From Spirochaetia bacterium (GTDB lineage Bacteria > Spirochaetota > Spirochaetia > SZUA-6 > Bin103), in NCBI GenBank assembly GCA_965203905.1, contig CBDBDQ010000005.1, positions 5,088,001 to 5,152,000 of the forward strand: a stretch of 64,000 bases of DNA. Direction: 5' to 3'. Of the stretch, positions 1-10,647 are shown piece after piece. The notes beneath the pieces are model-generated. The model searched no databases and had not been told where the DNA came from. It saw only the letters and a list, made by a program, of their open reading frames with translations. Position numbers and translations under genes: made by a program. The number at the start of each line of letters is the position of its first letter. Within the stretch, counting starts at the first letter, position 1.

Positions 1-165
1 CGTTCCGGGCGCGCCTCCGGAGCGGCCGACGGGCTCCCAGCCCACGACGTCCCTGTCGAGGTCTGGGGAGCTACATGTCACCCGTGGGGCGATGGAGGGC
101 GCCATCGGGTGGAGGTCACCGTGCATCCGGCGTGAGACCGTGGGAGGTGCCGGTCGGCGCCGCGA
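1..165. repeat. Dispersed repeat X with CACCCGTGG...CCACGGGTG-type hairpin; inverted homologues at ~7235-7415 and ~20060-20245
   Basis: cgttccgggcgcgcctccgga and gggtggaggtcaccg(t/c)gcatccggcgtga match the reverse complement of 20085-20182; perfect hairpin ccacccgtggcgcc...ggcgccacgggtgg at 7244-7277. Confidence 0.75.
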
Positions 166-764
166 ACCTCGTTCGCGCGCACCCACGGGTTTCCTACGGG
201 TCGGCGCTGTTCACAGGGTGGCCGCGCTCGCGAGAGAGTGCACCGTTAGGGGTTCGGCGAATGTGGATGACGCGTCACGAGGACCGCCAACGCAGTGGTC
301 GGTTGGCGGTCACGGTCGGTGACCTCCGAGTGGTTGACAGGGTGCCCGCGTCCATAGCAAGCTCGCATCGCTTGGGTTCCCACGGATCGCTGATGAACCG
401 CCGCGACGACAGTCAGCGCAGTGACCGGTTCCACTGTGACGCGACCGGTGCACCCCCCCCCCCCCCGCAACTCTTTATTAGAAAAAGCATTAACCGCTCA
501 GGCTGATCGCCCCCTACGCGACCCCGTTCACACCGTCGCCTTCACCACCGCCGTAGCTATCGGTGGCGCCGGCTCGGTCCATCGCCGAACCGGCATTAAG
601 ACCGCCCGCACCCTTCCCGTCGACCGCAACGGTGCCGGATCCCCGCCTGCGACCAACTGCGCGCAAAACCCACCACCTGCGTTGGCGGCCATTCAGACTC
701 ACTGCTGTTCAGACCACCGCCACGCGTGGCGTTGTAACGCAGATCCCGACGTAGGTCTAGATTT

Positions 765-978
765 CGCCCCGGGTGTGGCCTTCCGCATCCTCCTACGGCG
801 TCGGCACCCCAAAGTAATTCCTTTCGCGGCTCGATACCCGGCCCGCACGTACCCCCTGTCAACGCTTCACCCCCGCCCTCGCGGGCGACGGCGCATGACT
901 CGGGGCCGCCGTGGGTCGCTAGCCCTTCGACGTATGACTCTTCCATTCACAACACCTTGCCGGTTTGTGCCGGCGCAC
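765..978 (-). mobile_element. 5' remnant (~214 nt, domain I) of the group II intron found intact at 12529-14546
   Basis: Near-identical to 14334-14546; begins GTGCGCCGG after exon ...GACCTCCT; includes EBS1 AGGAGG (789-794). Confidence 0.9.
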
Positions 979-989
979 AGGAGGTCAAG

Positions 990-1025
990 ATGATACTCAA
1001 AGAACCGCACGCGCGCGCGGCGTGA
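990..1025 (+). CDS. Putative leader peptide MILKEPHARAA
   Basis: AGGAGG, 5 nt, ATG; stop lies in the 5' arm of a GC hairpin; homologous uORFs before other SBP paralogs. Confidence 0.55.
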   Translation: MILKEPHARAA

Positions 1026-1168
1026 GCCGGGGTGAACCCGTTGAGTCACACGCCGCGCGCGTCCGAGAACTTGACTCAGACTGGCCGCCCGCGTTGCGGG
1101 CCCGAGAGTAGCCAGGGAGCGGCAAGTCGCTCCGCAATGCTCTCAAAATCCAAGCAAGGATACTAACG

Positions 1169-2986
1169 ATGATGAAAATCCTATTTAGAATGACTAGAAT
1201 GACCTTCGCGTTTGCGTTGGTCCTCGTAATGACCGCAACCGGCCTGTGGGCCACTGGCGCAGACGAAGAGGAGGCGGCCGCCGCCGCTGACAAGAAGTAT
1301 GTGACCGACCCCACCACCGGCAAGGTGGTGGCGGCGCCAGAGTATGGCGGGACTTTCACCTTTGCCAATCAGCTCGAGCCTCCGCATTCTGACACCGCGC
1401 TCCATGGGCTTCCGGGACTGGCCGTCAGTGGCGTTGTAGAGAGGCTAGGAATCATGAACTGGGCAATAGATAGGGACGAATTTGCCTTCAGTAGCACGTT
1501 CGTACCTTCATTTACCCTAAGACCGCACCTGGCGGAAAGCTGGGATACCGAGGACGGCCTCACCTATACCTTCCACATCCGCAAGGGAGTTTACTGGCAC
1601 GATAAACCACCGATGAACGGTCGAGAGCTAGATGCCTATGACGTCGAATATAACTATCACCGCTATTTGGGTATGGGCAGCGGCTTCACCGAACGTTCCC
1701 CAGTAGGAGAGTACGTAGCTTTGCCTTTCGAATCGGTAACGGCCACCGACAAGTGGACGGTTGTTATGAAGATGACGGAGCAAACCGTCGCTCCGCTGGC
1801 AACTATGGTTTCGCCCTTCATATCCCCCCCCGAGGTAATCAAGGAACACGGCGACGTTCAGGACTGGAGGAACCTGGTCGGCACCGGGCCCTATATGCTG
1901 ACTGACTGGGTCGATGGCAGCTCTATGACCTATGTCAAGAATCCTGACTACTGGGGCTACGACGAAAAATACCCGGAGAACCGCTTGCCCTACTTTGACG
2001 AGTTACAGCACCTGATTATTAAAGAGGAAGCGACATATCTGGCGGGACTGCGCGCCGGTAAGATTGATTTCCTGGGTTTCACTGCTGGTGTATCTGACCT
2101 AACCGATAACGATACGATCGATAGCCTCCGGCGGACCAACCCTGAAATCGTGCTGGAGCCGTGGTGGGACCGTTCGGAAACGTCTTATGGCCTTGACGCG
2201 ACCAAGCCGCCCTTTGACGACATCAGGGTGCGCAAGGCAATGCAGATGGCACTGGACCTTGAGGGCATTAACAATACCTACTACAAGGGCACTGCAATGT
2301 GGCAGCCTCAGGGTATATTAGGGGAAGCTGTCACCGGGTATTCCACCCCATTTGAAGAGTGGCCCGAAGAGGTCCAGAAGGGCTATATGTATGACCCGGA
2401 AGGGGCGGAAGCGTTGCTTGATGCGGCTGGATATCCCCGCGGCGCCGACGGCACTAGATTCAAGACCGTGTTGAACCATTTCTGGCGGTTTCCTTTAGCC
2501 TATAGTGAATTAGCTGCCGCCTACTTTAAGGCAATTGGCGTTGATGTAGAGATTAACGTAATCGACGAAGCTACGGCTGGCGCTATGAGAGTTGATACCC
2601 ATGCGGAACGTACTTGGGAAGGTATGATGATGACCGTTCTGGGCTGGAACATTAACCCTGTGTGGGGTATGTTCTGGGTTGCTCACTCGACCGGCTCCGG
2701 ACAAAACTACCACGGAATCGGGTACCCTGAGTTGGACGCCCTTATTGACGCCGCCGAAGCCGCTACCTCCTTGGAGGAGCAGCAGAGGCTGCTTAAAGAG
2801 GCAGATATGTACACTATAGAGAACCACTGGCATGTATGGGGTCCTAAAGCTGGAAAGTTCATGTCGATCCAGCCGTGGGTCATAGGTTTTAACGGTGAAA
2901 TCTGGCTTCATTCAGGTCAGGACCGCTTGCTCATCTTCGCCCGCCTCTGGTTTGACCAGGAGCTGAAGGAAGCAATGGGTCATTAG
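1169..2986 (+). CDS. ABC transporter substrate-binding protein, family 5 (locus A)
   Basis: Signal-like N-terminus; PEYGG, LAESW, HDKPP.NGRE, GTGP, PPFDDIRVRKA motifs; followed by two permeases. Confidence 0.93.
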   Translation: MMKILFRMTRMTFAFALVLVMTATGLWATGADEEEAAAAADKKYVTDPTTGKVVAAPEYGGTFTFANQLEPPHSDTALHGLPGLAVSGVVERLGIMNWAIDRDEFAFSSTFVPSFTLRPHLAESWDTEDGLTYTFHIRKGVYWHDKPPMNGRELDAYDVEYNYHRYLGMGSGFTERSPVGEYVALPFESVTATDKWTVVMKMTEQTVAPLATMVSPFISPPEVIKEHGDVQDWRNLVGTGPYMLTDWVDGSSMTYVKNPDYWGYDEKYPENRLPYFDELQHLIIKEEATYLAGLRAGKIDFLGFTAGVSDLTDNDTIDSLRRTNPEIVLEPWWDRSETSYGLDATKPPFDDIRVRKAMQMALDLEGINNTYYKGTAMWQPQGILGEAVTGYSTPFEEWPEEVQKGYMYDPEGAEALLDAAGYPRGADGTRFKTVLNHFWRFPLAYSELAAAYFKAIGVDVEINVIDEATAGAMRVDTHAERTWEGMMMTVLGWNINPVWGMFWVAHSTGSGQNYHGIGYPELDALIDAAEAATSLEEQQRLLKEADMYTIENHWHVWGPKAGKFMSIQPWVIGFNGEIWLHSGQDRLLIFARLWFDQELKEAMGH

Positions 2987-3088
2987 GGGTTTTAGCCCTT
3001 GTGGCTGAGCTCAGGGAAAAAGGGAGCTGGGTGGTTCAAACCTCCCGGCTCCCATACTCCTCAAATAATGAGAAGGGCGCTTTCTCAC

Positions 3089-3408
3089 TGTCATTCCGGC
3101 GGTCCGCCGAAGCGGCGAAGACGCGGAATCCAGAAAACGCAACCATTTGAAATTACTCTGGATTCCGCCTTTCGGCGGAATGACAGGAGGGAATCAGGGG
3201 GACACCCCTCTGGACTCCCCAAAACGGTGAGAGGCCAGCCATCAGCCCACCGGAATTCATGCACCGATTTGTGTGACGAACCCTTAAAGAGTGCCGCGCC
3301 AGTCGGGCAAGGGGATGGTCTAAGTGGATTGCGGTTTTCACCGCAATGACGGGGGGAGAGAGGGCGAAGAGATTGCCACGCCCCGATAAATCGGGACTCG
3401 CAATGACG
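3089..3408. repeat. REP-like palindromes (GTCATTCC...GGAATCC / GGATTCC...GGAATGAC; GAGATTGC...CGCAATGAC)
   Basis: Inverted repeats 3089-3185 and 3368-3407; homologous cluster at 17570-17900. Confidence 0.7.
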
Positions 3409-3422
3409 AGGAGGGGTGTAAC

Positions 3423-4421
3423 ATGAGAGCCTATATCATCAGGCGGTTATTACTCATAATCCCCACCCTGTTTATATTGACCATCCTGGTCTTTCTCTCG
3501 GTACGCTTCATCCCCGGCGATGTCATAGACGTAATGGTTGGAGAGTTGGACTACATGGCTGGGCCCATCGACCGTGAAGCTCTTGAGCGTAGGCTGGGAT
3601 TGGACCAGCCTGTGTACGTGCAGTATGGACGCTGGATAGGAGTGTTGCCGACCCCTGACTGGCTTACCGGTGAGTCACGCTACAACGGTATCCTCCAGGG
3701 CACCCTTGGCGAATCACTGATGGGCGATTGGTCGGTAGAGGACAAGATAATAGGTAGATTGCCGGTAACCATTGAGCTCGGTGTCATAGCAATCGTAATC
3801 GGGCTTCTGATAGCGCTGCCAGTCGGCATCTACTCGGCGATTCGCCAGTATACTGTCGCCGACTACCTGGGGCGCTCCATCGCCATCATCGGTCTGGCAA
3901 CGCCTAACTTCTGGCTGGCCTTGATGGTCATGATCTACCCGGCAATCTGGTGGGGCTGGTCGCTACCGATGCGGCTGATTACTTTCTCCGAAGACCCTCT
4001 GGAGAATCTCGGGATGTTCCTCATTCCAAGCGTGATTCTCGGAACCTACCTTGCCGCAGCCACCATGCGGATGACACGCACTATGATGCTGGAGGTGCTG
4101 AGGCAGGACTATATCAGGACAGCCTGGGCCAAGGGTCTCAAGGAGAGAGTAGTTGTTCTGAGACACGCCGTAAAAAATGCCCTCATCCCGGTAGTTACCC
4201 TGATAGGCCTGCAGTTGCCTGTCCTGGTAGGTGGCGCCGTTATCATGGAGAACATATTTAACCTGCCGGGGCTAGGTCGTCTTCTGCTGAAGGCACTCGA
4301 ACAGAGAGACTACCCGGTGGTCTCCGGAGTAAACCTCTTTTTCGCCATCGTGGTTATGGCGAACAATCTATTGATCGACCTGATTTATCCTTATTTGGAT
4401 CCCAGGGTCCGCCACAGATAA
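3423..4421 (+). CDS. ABC permease DppB/OppB-like
   Basis: MRAYIIRRLL; EVLRQDYIRTAWAKG (EAA loop); LDPR end. Confidence 0.93.
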   Translation: MRAYIIRRLLLIIPTLFILTILVFLSVRFIPGDVIDVMVGELDYMAGPIDREALERRLGLDQPVYVQYGRWIGVLPTPDWLTGESRYNGILQGTLGESLMGDWSVEDKIIGRLPVTIELGVIAIVIGLLIALPVGIYSAIRQYTVADYLGRSIAIIGLATPNFWLALMVMIYPAIWWGWSLPMRLITFSEDPLENLGMFLIPSVILGTYLAAATMRMTRTMMLEVLRQDYIRTAWAKGLKERVVVLRHAVKNALIPVVTLIGLQLPVLVGGAVIMENIFNLPGLGRLLLKALEQRDYPVVSGVNLFFAIVVMANNLLIDLIYPYLDPRVRHR

Positions 4422-4439
4422 AGGGGGAGAATCACGAGT

Positions 4440-5366
4440 ATGAGTGATGGCATACCGTCACCAGTAAGTGAGCCAAGGAGACGTAACGCGCTGCCTGATT
4501 TCTTTACCAGGTTGTGGAAGGAGCAACCACTTGGCACTATCTGCGGGATTATGGTATTGATACTGATTTTGGTTGCTATCTTCGCCGATGTTCTGGCTCC
4601 TTATGGCTTTAGTGAAGTACACCTTCCAGACAGATTGCAGAGCTCATCAGCCCGGTATCTCCTGGGTACCGACCACCTGGGGCGAGACTTCTTAAGCCGC
4701 ATTATCTACGGGGCTCGCATTTCGTTGCTTGTCGGCCTGGCGGCGACTAGTGTTAATGTTGTGGTGGCTACCCTGATAGGCGGCATCTCGGGATTCTTTG
4801 GCGGTAAACTGGACTTGGCTGTGCAGAGATTTGTCGATGCCTGGATGGCTTTCCCGGGACTGCTCCTGTTGTTAACCGTAATGTCCATAGTGGGGCGGGG
4901 TGTGCCACAGATAATATTGGTCCTGGGGATATCAGGAGGCATCGGCGGCTCAAGAGTAGTCAGAGGCGCCGTGATTGGGGTCAAAGAGAAAGTCTATTTT
5001 CAGGCGGCGGAGGCAATTGGCAGCTCAAGATGGAGAACACTTATCCGACATGTCCTTCCCAATATTGCGGCGCCCATAATCATCATATTCAGCATCAACA
5101 TCGGGGGGGTGATTATCAGTGCGGCTTCTCTGAGCTTCCTCGGATACGGTCTGCCAGTCCAGATTCCCGACTGGGGTGCTATGCTCAGCCGGGAAGGACG
5201 TCAGTACATGGAGACGGCGCCACGCCTGGCTCTCTGGCCGGGTCTTTGCCTGACTATTGTCGTCTACAGTCTGAACATGTTCGGCGACGCCGTGAGGGAC
5301 CTGCTCGACCCGCGGCTGCGTGGCGGCGGGGGCCGCCTCGGAGCCGATGCCGCCAGGTCGGTCTAA
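4440..5366 (+). CDS. ABC permease DppC/OppC-like
   Basis: LLGTDHLGRD, RHVLPN, LSFLG, GDAVRDLLDPR. Confidence 0.93.
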   Translation: MSDGIPSPVSEPRRRNALPDFFTRLWKEQPLGTICGIMVLILILVAIFADVLAPYGFSEVHLPDRLQSSSARYLLGTDHLGRDFLSRIIYGARISLLVGLAATSVNVVVATLIGGISGFFGGKLDLAVQRFVDAWMAFPGLLLLLTVMSIVGRGVPQIILVLGISGGIGGSRVVRGAVIGVKEKVYFQAAEAIGSSRWRTLIRHVLPNIAAPIIIIFSINIGGVIISAASLSFLGYGLPVQIPDWGAMLSREGRQYMETAPRLALWPGLCLTIVVYSLNMFGDAVRDLLDPRLRGGGGRLGADAARSV

Positions 5367-5379
5367 TAGGGCCCGCCTG

Positions 5380-5690
5380 GGGTCGAAGGTCGGAGGCCAC
5401 CACCCGGCAGTAGCCGGCGGCTGGGAGGCCACGACGAAGATTGGCTAAGATGGCGGAGCCCGGAGCGAACACGAGCCGTGAACCCGCTCCCCACCGACCG
5501 TCGGCAGGCCGCTCGGGGAACAACACCACTGACCTCGGGGTGAGTCCCGCAAGGAAGCCGGGCACCAGGTAAACTCGGCAATCCGCCGCGCATCTGACGC
5601 GGTCCCCCGCGCGTACACGACAGGCGCACCGCGCCAAGGATGGCGAGCGTGCGGCTGCCCTGTGGACAGCTTGGGGCGCGGCGTCCGGAG
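5380..5690 (-). pseudogene. Degenerate copy of the SLOG/DprA-like gene at 7437-7990, plus a segment shared with 20340-20430
   Basis: VVLFPERPADGRWGAGSRL vs VVLFPERPADRQWGPGSRL. Confidence 0.6.
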
Positions 5691-6033
5691 TCCGCGACGA
5701 TTCAGCCCAGCGGCCGCCGGGCCCTCGGGAAATCGCCACGGCTCCTGCCAATGTGCCCACGCCTCTCGTCGGTCGCTTCGCACGAAGCCGTTGCCGAAGC
5801 GGCGCGACCAGGGATTCTGGCATCATTCGGCCTCCGTCGGAGCGTAACTTGAGCGTGTGTGCGGACTTTTGAAGTGCAAGTCCGAGTGTTCAGGGAGTTT
5901 CGCTTCCGGAAATACGCCTGTGCTAGCTTCACGTCCGCCGTGTGATCGGCGTAATCGGCGCCGTCAGCAGAACGCACCCGTTGAGTCGTACTGCTCACTT
6001 GATTGATATTCACATTATTGCTAACTTCCGCCG

Positions 6034-6388
6034 GTGCGACGAACGATCGAGTTCTACAGGACGAAAAGCGGAGCCGTCCCGACGGAAGCGTTTTTCGACA
6101 CGCTGTCGGACAAGGTCGTGCAGAAGGTCATCACAGTGATCGAACTCGTCGAAACAGAGCGAATCGTCCCAGCAAAGTTCTTCAGGAAGCTTGTCGGCAC
6201 CGAGCTGTTCGAGTTTCGCATCCGGTGGGAGTCGAACTTCTATCGATTGCTGTGCTTTTCGACCGAAACGACACGGTGGTGATTACGCACGGATTCGTGA
6301 AGAAGACCCAAAAGACGCCGCAAGGTGGAAATCAATCGAGCGGAACGATATCGCCAAGACTATTTCGCACGGAGGAAACCATGAGTGA
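6034..6388 (+). pseudogene. RelE/HigB (Gp49-like) toxin with two frameshifts
   Basis: FRKLVGTELFEFRIRW...YRLLCF then, in a shifted frame, VVITHGFVKKTQKTP; directly upstream of an HTH antitoxin. Confidence 0.75.
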
Positions 6389-6656
6389 TCTCGAGAGATA
6401 CATACAGAAGCGAGAGAGGAAGAACCCGAACTTCCGGAAGGGGCTGGAGGAGGAGCGGCGCAATCTGCGGATCGGCCTCCTGATCAGAGAGCTCCGCCTC
6501 GAGAAAGGCATGACGCAGGACCAGCTCGCGCGGGAGATTCGCACCACCAAGAGTGCAATCTCCAGACTCGAGAATCACTCCGAGAGCATTACGCTTGCGA
6601 CACTCGAGAAGGTAGCCCACGCGCTCGGGAAAGTGGTCCACATCGAGCTGTCATAA
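6381..6656 (+). CDS. HigA-like XRE HTH antitoxin
   Basis: GGAGG SD; MTQDQLAREIRTTKSAISRLEN HTH. Confidence 0.85.
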   Translation: MSDLERYIQKRERKNPNFRKGLEEERRNLRIGLLIRELRLEKGMTQDQLAREIRTTKSAISRLENHSESITLATLEKVAHALGKVVHIELS

Positions 6657-7436
6657 TCCACGCCTGCACGAATCCTCCACCGCGACCACCGCGGTGTGAG
6701 CCCTTCGTCGACCACCCCCTCCACGCTGCCGATCTTCGGCGCCTGTCCCGCACTGCGGGCACGACCTCTTTGCACTCGTCATCCAGCGCGCTCCAGTCTG
6801 GCTGCGCGCCTGCGCGCTGGCCGCTGTCCACCCTCACCCAGAAATGTTCGAACGGGTCGGCTTCAGATGTCTTCGCGCTCGATCACGTCGGGCCGCCGCC
6901 ATTTTGCGTCGCCACCGCCGCGCCGATCCGTCGGTGCGGCGGACGAAGTTCGCGCCGCCGAAAGCGGCGCTCGTGGCCGAGCGACGCTGACCAATGACGT
7001 CGGCACGCGACCAGCGCTGGCGCCACCGGGCCGTCTCAATCAACCGAGACACGGTCGGTCGTGTCCAAGGGGCCTTCGCGCTCCCTCTGAATCGGCCAAT
7101 GGGCCCTTTTGCCGGATCACAGGTATCGCCATTGTGCTGATGTCGCGGGCGCACCTTTAGTGACAGTTGGCCGGTGGTGCCGGCGCGGATCACGGTGGTG
7201 CCGCCGCTTCATCGGCCGCGGCAGAGTCCGTAACCGGTGACCTCCACCCGTGGCGCCCTCCCTGGCGCCACGGGTGGCATACGGCCCACAGACCACGACA
7301 CGAGGTCGGGGGCTGTGGGTTGCTTCGCTGGTCCGGAGGGGGGGCCGGAAGGCGACCGAGCAGGTCGGCGAGCGCCGGGCTGTGCGTCGGCGTGGCCTTG
7401 CCGGTCAGCGGGAAGCCGATGCTCCGATCTGGACCC

Positions 7437-7990
7437 TCAGTACTCGTCGTCGCAGAGGCCGTCGCGGAAGGTGTGCGGCACCACCCAGTAGCCGTCGACC
7501 GTGGCGAACAGGTCGGCGGCCGCCACCCGGCAGAACGCCGGAGCAACAGGCGGCCGTGAGGCCACCACGAAGGTCGGCTTGAGGTGGTAGAGCGCCGAGC
7601 GATAGGCAAGCCGCGAGCCCGGACCCCACTGCCGGTCGGCAGGGCGCTCGGGGAACAGCACCACCAGCGAGCTGCGCTTGACCAGCCACAGGGTGCGCCG
7701 CGCCAGCGCCGCCCGGGGCGGGATGCCCTCGGGCACCACCGCCGAGGCGAACTAGCCCCTCGGCCCGGCAGCGCCGTACGCGCTTGCCGAACGCGCAGCC
7801 GACGAACACCTCGTCGGGGCCGCACGCTGAGTGGGCCAGCGCCGCGCGGAACGCCGCATCGACGCCGGTCGCGCAGCTCACGAAGAACCCGAACCCGTGG
7901 CGGCGGAACCGCTCGACCAGCGCACGGCAGACCGGCTGCTCCACCTGCCCGCGGCGGCTGCCGGCAAACAGCACCGCGCGCGCCGCCACC
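7437..7990 (-). pseudogene. SLOG/DprA-like protein, frameshifted and 5'-truncated
   Basis: VLFAGSR...FVSCATGVDAAF...AALARRT...GPGSRLAYRSA...KPTFVV resembles SLOG-fold motifs. Confidence 0.5.
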
Positions 7991-8847
7991 TTGAACCGCA
8001 GCGCCGGCTGACCGGAAACCTGAAAGTGGAGAGCGTCAGCGACTTGTCGGCCCAGGCGCTCTACTACTACGGCAAGGACGACCTGAAGCACTGCTTCATC
8101 GTCATCGGCGAGAAGCACGGCAGCGAGGGCTCTGACTACCCGCTGCGCGAGCTCATCTCGCGGCGCTCGATCACCAAGGCGGTGCCGATGAAGGACCCGG
8201 TCACCGGCCAGGTGAAGACCGAGACCATTACCGTGAACGGGCCGATCTCGCTGGCCGAGACCACCACCAAAGGCGACGTGAACCCCGAGAACCTCAGCCG
8301 CAGCTTCGTCGTGGGCATCGACGAGTCAGAGGACCAGACTCGGCTCATCCACGACCGGCAGCGCACCAACTACACCGTCGACGGCTTCCTCGAGCGACGG
8401 AGTCTGGATCGAATCGCCGAGCGCCACCACTTCGCGCAGCGGTTGCTCGAGCCGGTGCTGGTCTTCAACCCCTATGCGGAGGTGTTGACCTTCCCGGCCT
8501 CCACACTGAAGACCCGGCGTGACCACGAGAAGTTCCTGCGGCTCATCAACGCCATCTGCTTCCTGTACCAGTACCAGCGCAGGCGCAAGCAGCTGACGTT
8601 GGACGGCGGCGAGACCCTCGAATACATCGAGTGCACCGTCGCCGACTACCGGCTCGCTCACGAGCTGCTCTCCGACGGCGTGCTGGACAACACCCTCGAT
8701 GACCTGCCACGGCCGGCCAGAGAGCTGCTGGAGCTCATCAAGAAGTACGTCACCGACAAAGCCGATGCGGAGGGCGTCGTTGCCGAGCAGGTGGTCTTCC
8801 GTACCCTCGCCGACTACGAGTACATCCAGCTCATCAAGGCGCGCAGT

Positions 8848-10647
8848 GAGGAAATTGCGCTGTCCGTAAGTGCAATGCAGGCAATGAAATAGCGAGGCAG
8901 GGATTTTTCTTTACCCCACGGCCCACCGGAGCGCCACCGAGGCAGCTCCCGGGCCCCGGATGATACATCGTAACTATTTATCTACAAAGTAATTGACGGC
9001 TCTCCTGTCGCTTGCCATAATGGCCTGAGAACCACCTCACAACAGGAGAACCGCCGGTGGCTACTATACCAGAACCTTCTCTGTTTTGCTGGGACAGCGT
9101 CGAGCAGTTGGGCGATCTCGAACGCCTGAGCCTGGTCCTCGACGCGCTCCCCGACGAACCGCTGATGCAACTGCTGGAAGCCGATCGCGGCCACGGCCGC
9201 AACGACTACCCGGTGCGCCCGATGTGGAACTCTCTCATCGCTGCCTTCGTCTTCCAGCATCCCAGCATCGCCGCTCTGCGGCGTGAGTTGCTGCGCAACG
9301 GCCAGTTACGAGACAGCTGCGGGTTCGACCCGTTCGCGGGCGCGGCAGCGGTGCCGACCGAATGCGCTTATACCCGGTTCCAGCGCCGGCTGCGCAAGTA
9401 TCAGCCACAGATAGAGGAACTGTTCCATAGCACGCTCGATGAACTGCAGATCGAACTGCCGGATCTGGGACAGGTACAGGCCCTGGACGGCAAGGAGTTG
9501 CATTCGCTGGCCAAGGGCGAGAGCAGCTATCCGCTGCCGGAGGATGACACCCAGCAAGACAGCGACGGGCGCCGCGACCGGGATGCCGATTGGGGCGTCA
9601 AGGGCTCGGGCAAGAAGAAACGCTACTGGTACGGCTACCTGCTGCACTTGGTGGTGGATGCCACCTACGAGTTGCCGCTGGCGTTCGAGGTCACCGAGGC
9701 CTCGCGTGGGGAGCAGCCGCAGGCGCAGTGGCTGCTGGATCAGATGCAGGAGCGCCATCCTGAGTTGCTGGAACGGTGCAGTCGTTTGAGCGCCGACAAG
9801 GGCTACGACGACCACAAGCTGATCAACCGGCTGTGGGATGAGCATCAGATCAAGCCGATCATCGCGATTCGCAACTGCTGGAAGGATGCGGATGCGGAGG
9901 ACAATGGCGTCCGCACCAAGCTGGTGAACGGACAGGAGAACGTGATCTACACCTACAACGGCGAAGTCTCCTGCATGTGTCCGCTCAGCGGTGAGGTGCA
10001 TAGCATGACCTACGGCGGCTTCGACGCGATCGCGAGACGCTGAAGTACCGCTGTCCGGCGCGCTACTCGGGGATCACCTGCAAGGGCATGGAGCAGTGTC
10101 CGCTGGCGGGCAAGGCGGTGCGCATCCCGCTGGCGGAGGATCGACGGGTGTTCACGCCGGTGGCGCGGTCCAGCTACCGATGGCAGGACTACTACGACGA
10201 GCGCAGCGCAGTGGAGCGGGTCAACAGCCGCTTGGCGGGCGGCTTCGGGTTCGAGCGACCGGGCATCCGCGGGCTGGCGAAGATGCAGTTGCGCATCACC
10301 ATGGCCCTGACGATCATGCTGGCGATGGCCTTGGGGCGGATCCGGGCCGGCCAACCTGAGCACCTGCGGAGTCTGGTCAAACCCGCCGCCTGAGCGGCGC
10401 CTCCTCGCCGGTCACCAACGAGAAACACAATCCCACCGGCTGCGCAGCGCCACCGGTCTGTCCTGAGCTGGCCGCGGAGCCACGATGAAGCCCGATTCAA
10501 GCGCTGAGGCATCCTCCAGCACACTCCGGATGGCCACTATGTGGCGCTGCGGTGTGCGCCCAGCGAGGCCATGCGCGAGCCCGCCCCACGCGCTTGGCCC
10601 CCGACGTTCGTTCGCCGACCCAAAACCCTATACAGCGCAATTGCCTC
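8848..10647 (+). mobile_element. 1800-bp insertion sequence (DDE, IS4/IS5/IS1182-like) with 16-bp TIRs and 5-bp TSD GCAGT
   Basis: GAGGAAATTGCGCTGT (8848-8863) and ACAGCGCAATTGCCTC (10632-10647), 15/16 match; GCAGT at 8843-8847 and 10648-10652. Confidence 0.92.
9057..10393 (+). pseudogene. DDE transposase with a 1-nt frameshift near 10028
   Basis: YWYGYLLHLVVD, ADKGYD, ERSAVERVNSRL motifs split across two ORFs. Confidence 0.85.

Larger units (their letters stand above)
265..1168 (+). promoter_or_regulatory. Conserved upstream module of SBP locus A (TTGACA 334-339, motif 414-430, C14 453-466, SD 979-984, leader ORF, two hairpins)
   Basis: Alignable by eye with ~11995-12430 plus 14547-14753, 38634-39200, 52534-53095 and 57974-58511. 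Confidence 0.75.

Noticed and set aside
990-1168. Known riboswitch (SAM-I, c-di-GMP, TPP, cobalamin)
   Set aside because: Only a GGCAA word is shared; the diagnostic consensus elements were not seen. An Rfam search is needed to confirm.
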